DNA of 64,000 nt from Acidimicrobiia bacterium (GTDB lineage Bacteria; Actinomycetota; Acidimicrobiia; Spongiisociales; ZC4RG35), in the NCBI GenBank assembly GCA_965216445.1, contig OZ244166.1:1175515-1239514 (forward strand), given 5' to 3'. Both the position numbers and the translations under genes were made by a program. Position 1 is the stretch's first letter, and each line of letters starts with the position of its first letter. Below, piece after piece: positions 46,769 through 56,491 of this stretch. Below the pieces are notes generated by a model. That model was not told the DNA's origin and made no database searches. It saw only the letters and a list, made by a program, of their open reading frames with translations.

Positions 46769-49117
46769 GGTATTCCGTCGTTTGATCACGGATCCGGGGT
46801 TGAAGCGAGCCCGCATCCGACGGCCACTTTCGTAGCGCATCCGAATCCAATCTTCGACGGCCAAGAAATCGTCTTCACTCCCTTCTCCAGCCTTACCTCC
46901 GTAGATGGCAGCACCGTACGCCGTTGCCACCGGGACCAATGTTCGATCCTTTTCGAGGGCAAACTCGATCGGAGTCTGATATTCGGGTATCACCTCGCCG
47001 AGGTCGGAGAGCTGGTCGACAATCTCATCCCATGCTGCTGTGACATCACCCTCTTGGATGACCTTGAGACGGCGCTTTCTTCGGAATCGCTTGTATCCCG
47101 GTATGCCAAAGGCGGCCAGCAAGAGCGCCGGGATAACTAGGACCCACCAGGGGAATCCGCCTCCGCTGCCTTCTCCAGCCGAACCGAGGTCAGACTCGTC
47201 GAGCCCGAACAGATTGTTCTCGTCGTCGAATCCGGGCTGGTCGATGGTGGCGGGTTGTTGGAGTGACTCGGCGACAAAGTCGTTGGGATCGAATTCGGCA
47301 GTTATTCCGTTGGGGTTGGCTCCATCTGATCGTGGTGTTGGATCAAACCTGACCCAGCCGAATCCATCCATCCACATCTCGACCCAGGCGTGTGCGTTGT
47401 TGTCGCGGACGACGATGGCTGTGGTTCCGTCGGTCTGAGTGACTTCTTCGCCCGGAGTGAAGCCCCACACAACTCTGCTCGGCACACCGAGTGACCGAGC
47501 AAGTACCGCCATGGAGGCAGCGAACTGCTCGCAGTACCCGGTTCGGTAGTGAGAGCTGGTGTCATCGATCAGGAAGTCGGTGAGTTGGTTCTGGGCGTGG
47601 CCGGGACTCACATCGGTTGAGTATGTGAAGTCTCCGCTATCGCGGAACCAGTGTTGCAACAGGATTGCCGTCTCGAAATCGGACTGAGCTCCAGCGGTCT
47701 TTTCGCGTCCGATCGCCAATACTTCGGGGTCGATGTCATCGGGGAGATCCAGGTAACGCCCGATGTCGGTCGGACGGTCGATGTTACGTGAGGTTGTATC
47801 CGGCGTAACGGAGATGGCTCCTACGCTGCCAGCTTCCGCGAAGAGCGCGGTGAGGTTCCCATCTGGCCCGGTAGCAAGCCCATTCAGATCGGAGCGCTCC
47901 AGAGGGAAGTTCGCCTCGACTTGATAGGTCATTCCCTCGTCGAGTTGCGATTGGATGATCAGGGCACCGTCAACGGTCACTTGGAACTGGTTGATGTCCT
48001 CGGTGTCGCTTTGCAGGGCCTGAGCGATGCCTGCCGTGGGGACAACCGGACCCCGCAGGGCCGCGATGCGAACTCGCTGGGTGAAGGTCGCTGTGGTGCC
48101 TCGGTACGAATGGTCGGGGTCGCCGCCGGCCGACCTTGGTGAGTAGCGCTCGAGGTCGGAGTTGCTGGGCAGCCAGGACTCGCCGTCGAAGCGGTCGAGG
48201 GTCTCCATCCGCCAATAGATCTGGCCGGCTGCGGGAGCGTTCTCGTCGACAGTTGCCCTAAAAAGCTCGGTATTGCTGCGCGAGATCAATCGTTTCTGCA
48301 GGTCGACGCTCCGATTGAAGGAAATCCCGCCATAACCTGGCCCATATCCGCCACCGGTTCTCCATTGGACATTGCCATCCTCGCTGACGAGTTGGGAAGC
48401 GCTGGTAGCGAGCGCAACCGAGGAGATCCCGACGATCAAGGCCATCACGAGAGCCAAGCTGCCACCACGTCGGGGGAGAGGGCGTCCGTCGGCATCGCGG
48501 ACGCGACCGGCGTTGCTGCGACGGTCAGCGGCGATAGCTGCGATCGCTAATGCAAAGACCACAGCTGCGGCACCCATCCAGCCCCGGCCCGCGGGGGCTC
48601 GGTCAACAACTGCGAACTGGAGATAGAAGCCAATCGAGGGGAGCGTCATCGCGGCTACCGGTCCGCCAGAAGCCCCCCAAATGAATAGCGCTCCGATAGC
48701 CCACATGATCACTGCAAGGATGGCCACCAAACCCGAACTTGGGTATACCGGTGTCACGCCAAACCGGAAGATGTCCAAAGATTCGCTCATTTCGGTGATC
48801 AGCGCGCCCGGTGTCTCCGGACCGGGGAAGAATCCGGCGATCAGACTTTGTGGGACAGCGATCCTGAGGAAGAGAATGAAGCCACCCACCAGGAACAACC
48901 CAATCGCAAGACGCTTCGAGGTGATGGTCTGACTGATAAGCCACCAGGCGATTCCTCCGAGGAACGCGGCGGCAATGAGTATCAGGTGCCAAGCCGGTGC
49001 GTCACCACCGGTCTCGAGCAACCGTCCGAGCCGGGCGATCATCAACGCAAAGGCGGCGATCCCCGCTACACGACTGAGGGTGTTGCTGACCATGTTGTTT
49101 TCATTCCTGTCATCCAC
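46766..49117 (-). CDS. transglutaminase-like protein (TgpA-like; DUF3488 N-terminal membrane domain + transglutaminase core)
   Basis: N-terminal polytopic region. Core NNAHAWVEMWMDGFGWVRFDPTP (Cys-His-Asp transglutaminase-like). 783 aa. Third gene of the moxR-DUF58-tgpA triad. Confidence 0.8.
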   Translation of the reverse strand: MDDRNENNMVSNTLSRVAGIAAFALMIARLGRLLETGGDAPAWHLILIAAAFLGGIAWWLISQTITSKRLAIGLFLVGGFILFLRIAVPQSLIAGFFPGPETPGALITEMSESLDIFRFGVTPVYPSSGLVAILAVIMWAIGALFIWGASGGPVAAMTLPSIGFYLQFAVVDRAPAGRGWMGAAAVVFALAIAAIAADRRSNAGRVRDADGRPLPRRGGSLALVMALIVGISSVALATSASQLVSEDGNVQWRTGGGYGPGYGGISFNRSVDLQKRLISRSNTELFRATVDENAPAAGQIYWRMETLDRFDGESWLPSNSDLERYSPRSAGGDPDHSYRGTTATFTQRVRIAALRGPVVPTAGIAQALQSDTEDINQFQVTVDGALIIQSQLDEGMTYQVEANFPLERSDLNGLATGPDGNLTALFAEAGSVGAISVTPDTTSRNIDRPTDIGRYLDLPDDIDPEVLAIGREKTAGAQSDFETAILLQHWFRDSGDFTYSTDVSPGHAQNQLTDFLIDDTSSHYRTGYCEQFAASMAVLARSLGVPSRVVWGFTPGEEVTQTDGTTAIVVRDNNAHAWVEMWMDGFGWVRFDPTPRSDGANPNGITAEFDPNDFVAESLQQPATIDQPGFDDENNLFGLDESDLGSAGEGSGGGFPWWVLVIPALLLAAFGIPGYKRFRRKRRLKVIQEGDVTAAWDEIVDQLSDLGEVIPEYQTPIEFALEKDRTLVPVATAYGAAIYGGKAGEGSEDDFLAVEDWIRMRYESGRRMRARFNPGSVIKRRNT

Positions 49118-50247
49118 GCTGGAGCCCAGCGTTCGTCTGGCGTGATCGACACTGTCGTTACGCCTAGGCGGTGGAACCCGACAAGGGTTTGCGAAGTGGA
49201 TTCGGAGGCCGACATCAGGACCGTTGTCGGATAATCTCTGGAGAGGAGTTGTTGGACTGAGAGGAGTGCCCGGTCGGCGACTCCGGTGACGATCACAAGT
49301 GCGCCGCCGCCGCCCTTTTGGCGGATGCGGGAAGCTACAGATTCGATATCGATGGCCGTATCTGGTTGGACGAGGGCGAGTCGTTCCATCGCAGAGCCGT
49401 ATCGGGCGGCATCGATCGGGTCGGCGTCACCGGCCCATAGGTCGGCGTCGAAACCCGAAGTCACGAGATGGGTGACGATGGTGGCTGCTCCCGACACGGC
49501 TCGCTCGAACGCCGACTGTGACTCATAACTGCCACCGCGGACATCGAGCAGTACCAGAGCACGCGACTGCCAGGGAGTTTCCAGCTGTCTGATCATCAGC
49601 TCGTCGGTTCGAGCTGACGATGGCCAGTGGACTCGACGGAGGTCGTCGCCACGTTGATACTCCCGTAGCGTGTAGAAGTCCTCACCGCCCCGCCGGGCGT
49701 GCTCGGGCCGGCTGGCTTGCATGGCTGGATCCTGTCCGCGAACGATCGGAAATCCGGTCAAATCCTCAACGCTCGGGTATACGACGATCCTGTCCACCGG
49801 CCCGGTTCCGATGGTGGTTCTGGCCAGCCCGAACGGGTCACTATTGCGGACAACGGTCGGCCCCACCCGATACACACCCCGTGGTCGGCATGTGACTCGG
49901 TAGGTGGCAGTTGTCTGTTCGCCGCGACCAATCTTGGCACATTCGAAGCTCGCGGTTCCGAGGTTGTTGATGTTGTCCTCGATAGTGAGGTTTCCAATCG
50001 AAGTTTTCGACTCATTTTCAATCAACAGGGTGATCGTCGTGGTGTCACCGTCGTGAACTGTGGCCGACCCCAGCCTTCGCCCGACCGCGAGTTTGGGTCG
50101 TCTGACCTTGACGTAGATGAGCGCTCCGATTTGGAGTAAGAAAACGAAGATCGCGGCCAGCAACAATTCCAGGTCCCCAAAGGCATACCACAGGATGGTG
50201 AGAGCAACCCCGCTTCCGGTCAGCGCCCAGCCTCGGACCGTTGGCAT
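49066..50247 (-). CDS. DUF58 domain protein (vWA-like)
   Basis: HWPSSARTDELMIRQLE DUF58 signature. Sits between moxR and the transglutaminase gene. Confidence 0.8.
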   Translation of the reverse strand: MPTVRGWALTGSGVALTILWYAFGDLELLLAAIFVFLLQIGALIYVKVRRPKLAVGRRLGSATVHDGDTTTITLLIENESKTSIGNLTIEDNINNLGTASFECAKIGRGEQTTATYRVTCRPRGVYRVGPTVVRNSDPFGLARTTIGTGPVDRIVVYPSVEDLTGFPIVRGQDPAMQASRPEHARRGGEDFYTLREYQRGDDLRRVHWPSSARTDELMIRQLETPWQSRALVLLDVRGGSYESQSAFERAVSGAATIVTHLVTSGFDADLWAGDADPIDAARYGSAMERLALVQPDTAIDIESVASRIRQKGGGGALVIVTGVADRALLSVQQLLSRDYPTTVLMSASESTSQTLVGFHRLGVTTVSITPDERWAPAWMTGMKTTWSATPSVV

Positions 50248-51272
50248 CAGGTGGCGAGTCGGGAGGTAGTGCCCGGGACGCGGAGCCTGGTCATAACCTC
50301 ATCAATGATCTCGGCGAGTGTTTCGCCGCGCATCTGAGCTTCGGGGCGGAGAGACATGCGGTGCTCGAGCACCGGGACTGCCAAAGCCTTGACATCGTCA
50401 GGTGTTACGTACTCTCTGCCCTCGGCCGCTGCTCGCGCCCGACTGAGCCGTTGTAGGAAGAGAGCCGAACGTGGAGAGGCCCCGAGAAGAATGTCAGAGT
50501 GGTTTCTCGTGCCTTCGACAAGGTCGACGATGTAAGTCTTGACTGACTGTGAGACAGTCACCCCACGTGCGATCGAGATCATTTCTGCGATCTCCGATGT
50601 GGTCACAACCGGTTCCAGGTCAAGGAATGTGGATCTCACTCCGTGGGTGTCCATCATCTCGAGTTCCTTGGCGCGACTGGGATAGCCGATCACCACGCGC
50701 ATCATGAAGCGGTCGAGTTGAGCCTCAGGCAGTGGGTAGGTGCCTTCGTGTTCCAGTGGATTCTGGGTGGCGACGACCATGAACGGGACACCAAGCTGAC
50801 GGGTCATTCCGTCCGATGTGACCTGACGTTCCTCCATGGCCTCCAAGAGTGCGGACTGGGTTTTTGGGCTGGCGCGGTTGATTTCGTCGCCTACAACGAT
50901 GTTGGCGAAGATCGGGCCCGGTTTGAAATCGAACTCACTTCTGTTGCGGTCCCAAACCGACACTCCTGTGACGTCTGATGGGAGAAGGTCGGGTGTGAAC
51001 TGGATTCGATTGAATGCACCGTCGATGCTCCGGGCGATTGACTTGGCTAATTGGGTCTTTCCGACACCGGGAACGTCTTCGATGAGGACGTGACCCTCGG
51101 CGACCAGCGCCATTACTACGAGTTCCACGACTTCACGCTTGCCTTGGATGACCGTTTCAACGTTGGCGGCGACACGGTGAAACCGTTCCCCGAAGAGCTG
51201 AATCTGCTGTGGACTGGCCTCGATCAAGGAAATCTCCCGGTTATCGCGAATTCCCAAAGACTCTACTGACAT
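50247..51272 (-). CDS. MoxR-like AAA+ ATPase
   Basis: EGHVLIEDVPGVGKTQLAKSIARS Walker A region and LLLDEA-type Walker B. Start set at ATG 51272 (MSVESLG...). The track ORF extends to 51467 through a Gln/Pro-rich low-complexity segment. Confidence 0.8.
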   Translation of the reverse strand: MSVESLGIRDNREISLIEASPQQIQLFGERFHRVAANVETVIQGKREVVELVVMALVAEGHVLIEDVPGVGKTQLAKSIARSIDGAFNRIQFTPDLLPSDVTGVSVWDRNRSEFDFKPGPIFANIVVGDEINRASPKTQSALLEAMEERQVTSDGMTRQLGVPFMVVATQNPLEHEGTYPLPEAQLDRFMMRVVIGYPSRAKELEMMDTHGVRSTFLDLEPVVTTSEIAEMISIARGVTVSQSVKTYIVDLVEGTRNHSDILLGASPRSALFLQRLSRARAAAEGREYVTPDDVKALAVPVLEHRMSLRPEAQMRGETLAEIIDEVMTRLRVPGTTSRLAT

Positions 51273-51526
51273 GTTGCCGTTGTGGGAGTTAGAGTGTTGC
51301 TGGGGAATGGCTATCGAATTATGAGCTGGAACGCGGGTTTGGGGCAGGCCCTGCCTATCTTGGCCTTGAGGCCCCTGCTGTTGTGGGAGGCCTTCAGGTC
51401 CCTGTTCGCTGTCCGTGCGCATCGTGGTCTGCTTCCTTCCGCCGAATATCTCCACTGGAGAGTTCATACCGCTTATGGCGATTACATGTCGGAGTCAACG
51501 CCCGAAGACCTAGTTGAGTTCCTCAG

Positions 51527-52129
51527 GTGGCGTCGGACTATGAGACGTCTGTCATGACTCCTGGGCTGATCCTCAGGTTGCAAGACATTCCAGGAGTTGA
51601 GAGCGTCTCGATTGATCTCGCCACTGAAAGCGGTGGAATCAACCTCAAGATTGCGGAGGATTCCGACGAACAGCTAATCCTGCGTCAGGTGCATGAGCTT
51701 CTGGTTGCCTACGGGGTGAAAGGGCTGGTGCAACCGAAGGTCACACTCAGTTCTGCCTCCGGAGTGACCCTCGACCCGGGAATCGACGTCAGGATCACAC
51801 AGGTAGGTGCTGGGGCCCGAATCCGTGTCGGGGTTGGAGACATCCAATCGTCGCGGCAGGTTGCGGCCACGCCGGCGGCCATCGCCCAGGGACTCGCTGA
51901 TGCCTGGTGCCAGGTCTTAGGGCGGATTCCGCGAGAGGTTGTTTCTGTCTCGTTGAGCGATACAGGGGCACTTGCGGTTGTGGTGTCCGATGGTGAGTCA
52001 GAGCACAGAGGCGTTGCCGACGTTGGAGATGGTTGGACAAACGCCCTGATCCGATCAGTCGGCTCAGCGCTTGAGTTGTTCAGCGACGAGGGTGCCAAAC
52101 CGACCAACATGGCGCCGAGCGCTTGGTAA
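51527..52129 (+). CDS. hypothetical protein
   Basis: 200 aa, no recognised motifs. An internal ATG (MTPGLILRLQD) is an alternative start. Confidence 0.35.
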   Translation: MASDYETSVMTPGLILRLQDIPGVESVSIDLATESGGINLKIAEDSDEQLILRQVHELLVAYGVKGLVQPKVTLSSASGVTLDPGIDVRITQVGAGARIRVGVGDIQSSRQVAATPAAIAQGLADAWCQVLGRIPREVVSVSLSDTGALAVVVSDGESEHRGVADVGDGWTNALIRSVGSALELFSDEGAKPTNMAPSAW

Positions 52130-52157
52130 CGTCTTCGTAATCACGAAGTCGTAGCCA

Positions 52158-52661
52158 ATGTCAAGAGTTCTAGTTCTCAACGCCAGTTATGAGCCACTTT
52201 CTGTGGTCAGCACCCGAAGAGCAGTTGTCCTCGTCCTCCGTGAGAAAGCCACGATTGTGGTGGACCGCCCAGAGATCTGGGCAAGCGCCACAGCCTCCAT
52301 CGAGGTTCCGTCAGTCGTGAAGCTGGTCCGCTATGTCAAAGTTCCGTACCGGCGGTCCGTCCCGGTCTCGCGGAGGGCGGTCTTTGGCAGGGATGGAAAC
52401 AGATGTCAGTACTGCGGTGCGCCCGCCGAGTCGATTGACCACGTCCTGCCCCGGTCCAAGGGTGGAGAACACTCGTGGGAGAATGTGGTCGCATGTTGTC
52501 GAGCTTGCAACGTGCGCAAGGCGGACCGAACACCCAACGAGGCAGGGTTCCAGTTGGCAGCGCGCCCTCGGCCACCTCGTCGGTTCGGATGGATCTATGC
52601 ATCCTCCGGCTACCAAATGGATCCGGCGTGGCAGCCGTACCTCCTCCAGGAGTCTGCTTAG
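52158..52661 (+). CDS. HNH endonuclease
   Basis: CQYCGAPAESIDHVLPRSKGGEHSWENVVACCRACNVRK: the HNH motif with two CxxC zinc knuckles. Confidence 0.8.
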   Translation: MSRVLVLNASYEPLSVVSTRRAVVLVLREKATIVVDRPEIWASATASIEVPSVVKLVRYVKVPYRRSVPVSRRAVFGRDGNRCQYCGAPAESIDHVLPRSKGGEHSWENVVACCRACNVRKADRTPNEAGFQLAARPRPPRRFGWIYASSGYQMDPAWQPYLLQESA

Positions 52662-52886
52662 CCTTCCGGCAAGAACTCTGGTTGCGACGACTTAAGTGAT
52701 ACCATGCGTGAGCCGCACCGGTGGAGGCCAGCGTTTTCGACGCTTTACCAGGTGAACCAACGGCTTTTCATTCTCAAACGGTTGGACCGCCTCTTCGGCC
52801 GAAGTGTCTCTCACGGTCGAGTAAGTCCGTGCGCGTCACCGAGACAGCAGGTCCAACTAACGCCCCTCGTCGGGGCAGGAGAAATC

Positions 52887-54383
52887 ATGGAAAACTCATT
52901 TGCGCGTCTTGGCGTGCCTGAACAGGTCGTTCACGCTTTGGCGAAACGACAAATCACCACCCCATTCCCGGTGCAATCGGCAACCATTCCCGATGCCCTC
53001 GCTGGTATGGACGTTTCGGGAAAGGCTCCTACCGGTTCGGGTAAGACTCTCGCGTTTGGCCTCCCCGTGATTGCCAAGGTGGAAAAGGCGACGAAGAGAT
53101 CACCTCGGGCTCTGATTCTGGCGCCAACGAGAGAACTTGCTGAGCAAATCAAAGACGAGCTCGCGCCTCTGGCTCGGGCCGCCAGCAGGCAGGTGTCTGC
53201 CGTCTATGGAGGTGTCTCTTACGGAGGACAGAGAAGCGCCCTGAATAGGGGAGTGGACATCCTCGTAGCCACCCCTGGGCGGCTTGAAGACTTGATCCAA
53301 CAAGGCCTTGTCAGTTTGCGACGTGTCGATCTCGTGGTTGTCGATGAAGCTGATCGCATGGCTGATATGGGATTCCTACCCGCTGTGCGTCGGATCCTCG
53401 ACATGACCTCGGAGGACAGACAAACTCTGTTGTTCTCAGCGACCCTCGACGGTGACGTGGCGGTTCTGATACGGGATTACCAGAGGAATCCGGTCCGTCA
53501 CGAAGCAGGGACAGTGGAACCCGAGACCCTCGACGCCCGGCATCACTTCTGGCTGGTCAACCATCATGACCGGGTCGCCCAAACTGCCGAGATCCTGGAG
53601 CGGTCCGATCGTTCCATTGTCTTCACTCGGACCCGACACGGCGCAGACCGTCTCGCCAGACAGTTGTCTCGCGAGGACATCAAGGCGGTCGCCCTCCACG
53701 GAGGGAGATCGCAGAACCAACGCCAACGAGCGATCAAGGCGTTCTCGACTGGGCGGGCGCAGGCCCTGATCGCCACCGATGTGGCCGCTCGGGGTATCCA
53801 CATCGATGCCGTGGAAACGGTCGTCCACTACGACCCCGCTGCTGACCACAAGGATTATCTGCATCGATCTGGGCGCACCGCACGGGCAGGCGCAAATGGA
53901 ACCATCGTCAGTTTGGTCACTGGCGAGAAAAGGAAAGCGGTGCAACGACTCCAGCGTGACCTAGGCCTGGATGTTTCGATCGAACAGCCCAACATCGATG
54001 CTCTCGGTTCTGAGGGGCACGGAATCGGATTTGAACCCAAGTCGGCGAGAGGATTCGAAGGCGGAACGCCGAAAAGCCGCAATCGTCCGACGCGGGGGAC
54101 GAAACGATCCCGGCGGGACGCCGGACCAACTCCAAGCGTTTTCATCGGGAATCTGCCGTGGAGTGCAACAGGTGACGAGCTTCAGGCTTTGTTCTCCCAG
54201 CACGGAGAGGTTCTGAGCGCAACCGTGATCAAGGACCGCAGGACCGGCCGGTCGAAGGGATTTGGATTTGTCGAAATGCCACGTCCCGACGCTCGTGTTG
54301 CAATTGATGCCCTACATGGATCGACTATGGGTGGCCGTTCTCTCAAGGTGCGTATCGCAGAGCCTCGCGGATCGAAGCGGTAG
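52887..54383 (+). CDS. DEAD-box ATP-dependent RNA helicase with C-terminal RRM domain
   Basis: Q-motif/GKTLAF Walker A, DEAD (VVDEADRM), SAT, HGGRSQ and HRSGRTAR motifs. The C-terminal about 80 aa carry RNP2 VFIGNL and RNP1 KGFGFVEM. Start at ATG 52887 after an AGGAGA RBS; the track start 52704 lacks an RBS. Confidence 0.85.
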   Translation: MENSFARLGVPEQVVHALAKRQITTPFPVQSATIPDALAGMDVSGKAPTGSGKTLAFGLPVIAKVEKATKRSPRALILAPTRELAEQIKDELAPLARAASRQVSAVYGGVSYGGQRSALNRGVDILVATPGRLEDLIQQGLVSLRRVDLVVVDEADRMADMGFLPAVRRILDMTSEDRQTLLFSATLDGDVAVLIRDYQRNPVRHEAGTVEPETLDARHHFWLVNHHDRVAQTAEILERSDRSIVFTRTRHGADRLARQLSREDIKAVALHGGRSQNQRQRAIKAFSTGRAQALIATDVAARGIHIDAVETVVHYDPAADHKDYLHRSGRTARAGANGTIVSLVTGEKRKAVQRLQRDLGLDVSIEQPNIDALGSEGHGIGFEPKSARGFEGGTPKSRNRPTRGTKRSRRDAGPTPSVFIGNLPWSATGDELQALFSQHGEVLSATVIKDRRTGRSKGFGFVEMPRPDARVAIDALHGSTMGGRSLKVRIAEPRGSKR

Positions 54384-54443
54384 AAGGCTCACCTGACCGG
54401 GACGGCTCGCACCTGGCGATTCACCAAAACTAGCGTTTCGGGG

Positions 54444-55163
54444 ATGAAGACGGTCGTCCTCGTTCATGGTGCGTGGCACGGTCCGTGGTGTTGGGCAAAC
54501 GTGACCAAGTCACTCGAGGACGCCGGACACAGCGTGATCGAGGTCACACTGCCCGGGCACGACCGGCCGGGGGCAACCGATCGAATCTGGAATCGAGTGT
54601 CGGATTACGTAGAGGCTCTGGCCTCGGCAGTTCGCAACGTCCCCGAACCGGTCGTCGTGGGGCATTCGATGGGTGGGTATGTCGTCCAGCGCTATCTGGA
54701 GGAGAACCAGGCAGCAATTGGCGTTCTGGTGGCTTCCGCTCCGCGTCGTGGCACGCTGTTGGCCAATTTCCGAGCTCTGAGAGTGGTTCCGTTATCGCTC
54801 ATCGGCTCAACTTTGACCGCCAACTATCGCTGGGTCGTACGCACTCCGGGCCATGTGCGGAAGCTCTTCTTCACCAAAGAAACGCCGGACGAAGTCGTCG
54901 AGTGGGCGTGGTCTCGGATCCAGAACGAGTCTGCATTCGCTCTCAACGTGATGATGATTCGCCCGATTCGAACCAAAAGGGTTTCGACACCGATGATGGT
55001 GATCGGTGCGGAGAACGACGGGATCTTCACAGTCGCGGAGCAGAACGACCTCGCCAGAGCTTACGGCGTCGAGGCTGAGATCGTCGGGGGAGGACACGAC
55101 ATCATGCTCGACGAGTCGTGGCCGATTCTGGCTGAGCGTTTAGGTGCTATCGCGGCGAGCTAA
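54444..55163 (+). CDS. alpha/beta hydrolase
   Basis: VVLVHGAWHG and nucleophile elbow GHSMGG. 239 aa. Confidence 0.75.
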   Translation: MKTVVLVHGAWHGPWCWANVTKSLEDAGHSVIEVTLPGHDRPGATDRIWNRVSDYVEALASAVRNVPEPVVVGHSMGGYVVQRYLEENQAAIGVLVASAPRRGTLLANFRALRVVPLSLIGSTLTANYRWVVRTPGHVRKLFFTKETPDEVVEWAWSRIQNESAFALNVMMIRPIRTKRVSTPMMVIGAENDGIFTVAEQNDLARAYGVEAEIVGGGHDIMLDESWPILAERLGAIAAS

Positions 55164-55465
55164 TGGGGTCCGGCCGTCGGATGCGTGGTTCGGATCCGGT
55201 CGAGGAGGTCGGTTACGGAGCGGAGGTAGTCGATACCGCCCATCAGTTGTTCGGCCATGGTTCCCATTTCAAGGCTGCGGCGCACATGGCCGGGAGGTGT
55301 ACGAGTTGGCTGGCAGCTCATTCGCTACTCCGCTTGTTGGCTGATGAATAAGGGACCGGGGTTCACGCCCGCATTCAGAATCGTCGGGTCATCGCGCTTC
55401 GGTATGGTGTGAGGCATCACAAGAAAGTCAGTTGAAGCCTCAGACTTGGGAACGGACGTATCGCC

Positions 55466-56305
55466 GTGAAGTTCGGACTGTACGGCTTGCACCGCGGGCC
55501 GGGAATCGCTCCCGACGTGCTCGCCAGGAGAGCCGAAGCCGCCGAGCACGCCGGGTTCGAATCGCTGTGGGTAGGTGACCATATCGCGCTGCCAGCCGAT
55601 CTCGCAGGCGCTGACGAGCCACGCCTCGAGGGCTTGGCTGCCCTGCTTTATCTCTCAGGCGTGACATCGACGGTTCGGCTCGCTGCCGGTGTCCTCGTCA
55701 TTCCGCAAAGGAACCCCGTGCTGCTGGCCAAACAGCTGACGTCGCTGGACGTCCTGTCGAAAGGACGGTTGATCGTCGGTGTCGGCGTAGGCCACATCGA
55801 GGCGGAGTTGGCCGCGCTCGGTGTTCCGATGTCGGAGCGGAGGGCGCGAACAGAGGATGGCTTGACTCGGATTCGGGAGTTGTGGGCGCGTGAGCACTCC
55901 TCCGGAGACGACGCTGCGGGCAACGGTGTGGTCCAGTTTCCGCCTCCGGTCCAGGACCCGCATCCCCCGATCGTGGTTGGGGGTCACTCGCCAGCGGCAT
56001 TGGCGCGGGCAGCCCGCATTGGCGACGGATGGTTCGGATGGCTTACTCCGCCCGAGAGGACTCGCGAGCTAATTCAGGAGTTGGCAGATCTGGCTAGCTC
56101 GCTGGCACGTCCCGACTCATTGCGGCCGTTGGAGATCACGGTTGCTGCCCCAGGAGAGGTCACACTCGATGTCGTCGATGCCTATGAGCAAATCGGTGTT
56201 GACCGACTTGTAGTCGGACCGGATAGTGCCGATGGAGACGAGCCCGATCGTTTCATCGACGTCTTCCATCGAGAGGTTCTGTCAGTCTCCGACAGCGATT
56301 CCTGA
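55466..56305 (+). CDS. LLM-class (luciferase-like) F420-dependent oxidoreductase
   Basis: FESLWVGDH, PQRNPVLLAKQLTSLDVLSKGRL and GVGVGH motifs of luciferase-like monooxygenase family flavin/F420 enzymes. Confidence 0.7.
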   Translation: MKFGLYGLHRGPGIAPDVLARRAEAAEHAGFESLWVGDHIALPADLAGADEPRLEGLAALLYLSGVTSTVRLAAGVLVIPQRNPVLLAKQLTSLDVLSKGRLIVGVGVGHIEAELAALGVPMSERRARTEDGLTRIRELWAREHSSGDDAAGNGVVQFPPPVQDPHPPIVVGGHSPAALARAARIGDGWFGWLTPPERTRELIQELADLASSLARPDSLRPLEITVAAPGEVTLDVVDAYEQIGVDRLVVGPDSADGDEPDRFIDVFHREVLSVSDSDS

Positions 56306-56402
56306 GAGCCAGTATTCGTTCATCGCTTCACATCGAAGCAGTCATCAGGTGCTTTTGCGGATAACCCGGTTGTGGTGCGCGGTGGGGAGGTGTCATGAAG
56401 AG

Positions 56403-56431
56403 TTGACATGTGGGGCAAAATGGGCCATAGT
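56403..56431 (+). promoter_or_regulatory. candidate sigma-A promoter of the dcw cluster (Pmra) with embedded TGGGN direct repeats
   Basis: TTGACA (56403-56408), 17-nt spacer, CATAGT (56426-56431), about 60 nt upstream of mraZ. The spacer contains TGGGG (56411-56415) and TGGGC (56421-56425) exactly 10 nt apart, resembling MraZ operator repeats. Confidence 0.35.
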
Positions 56432-56491
56432 GTCAATCACGACTTCCGAAAGGGCAGTCGAGGACATGACGGACGGACGAGAAGAGCAGAA

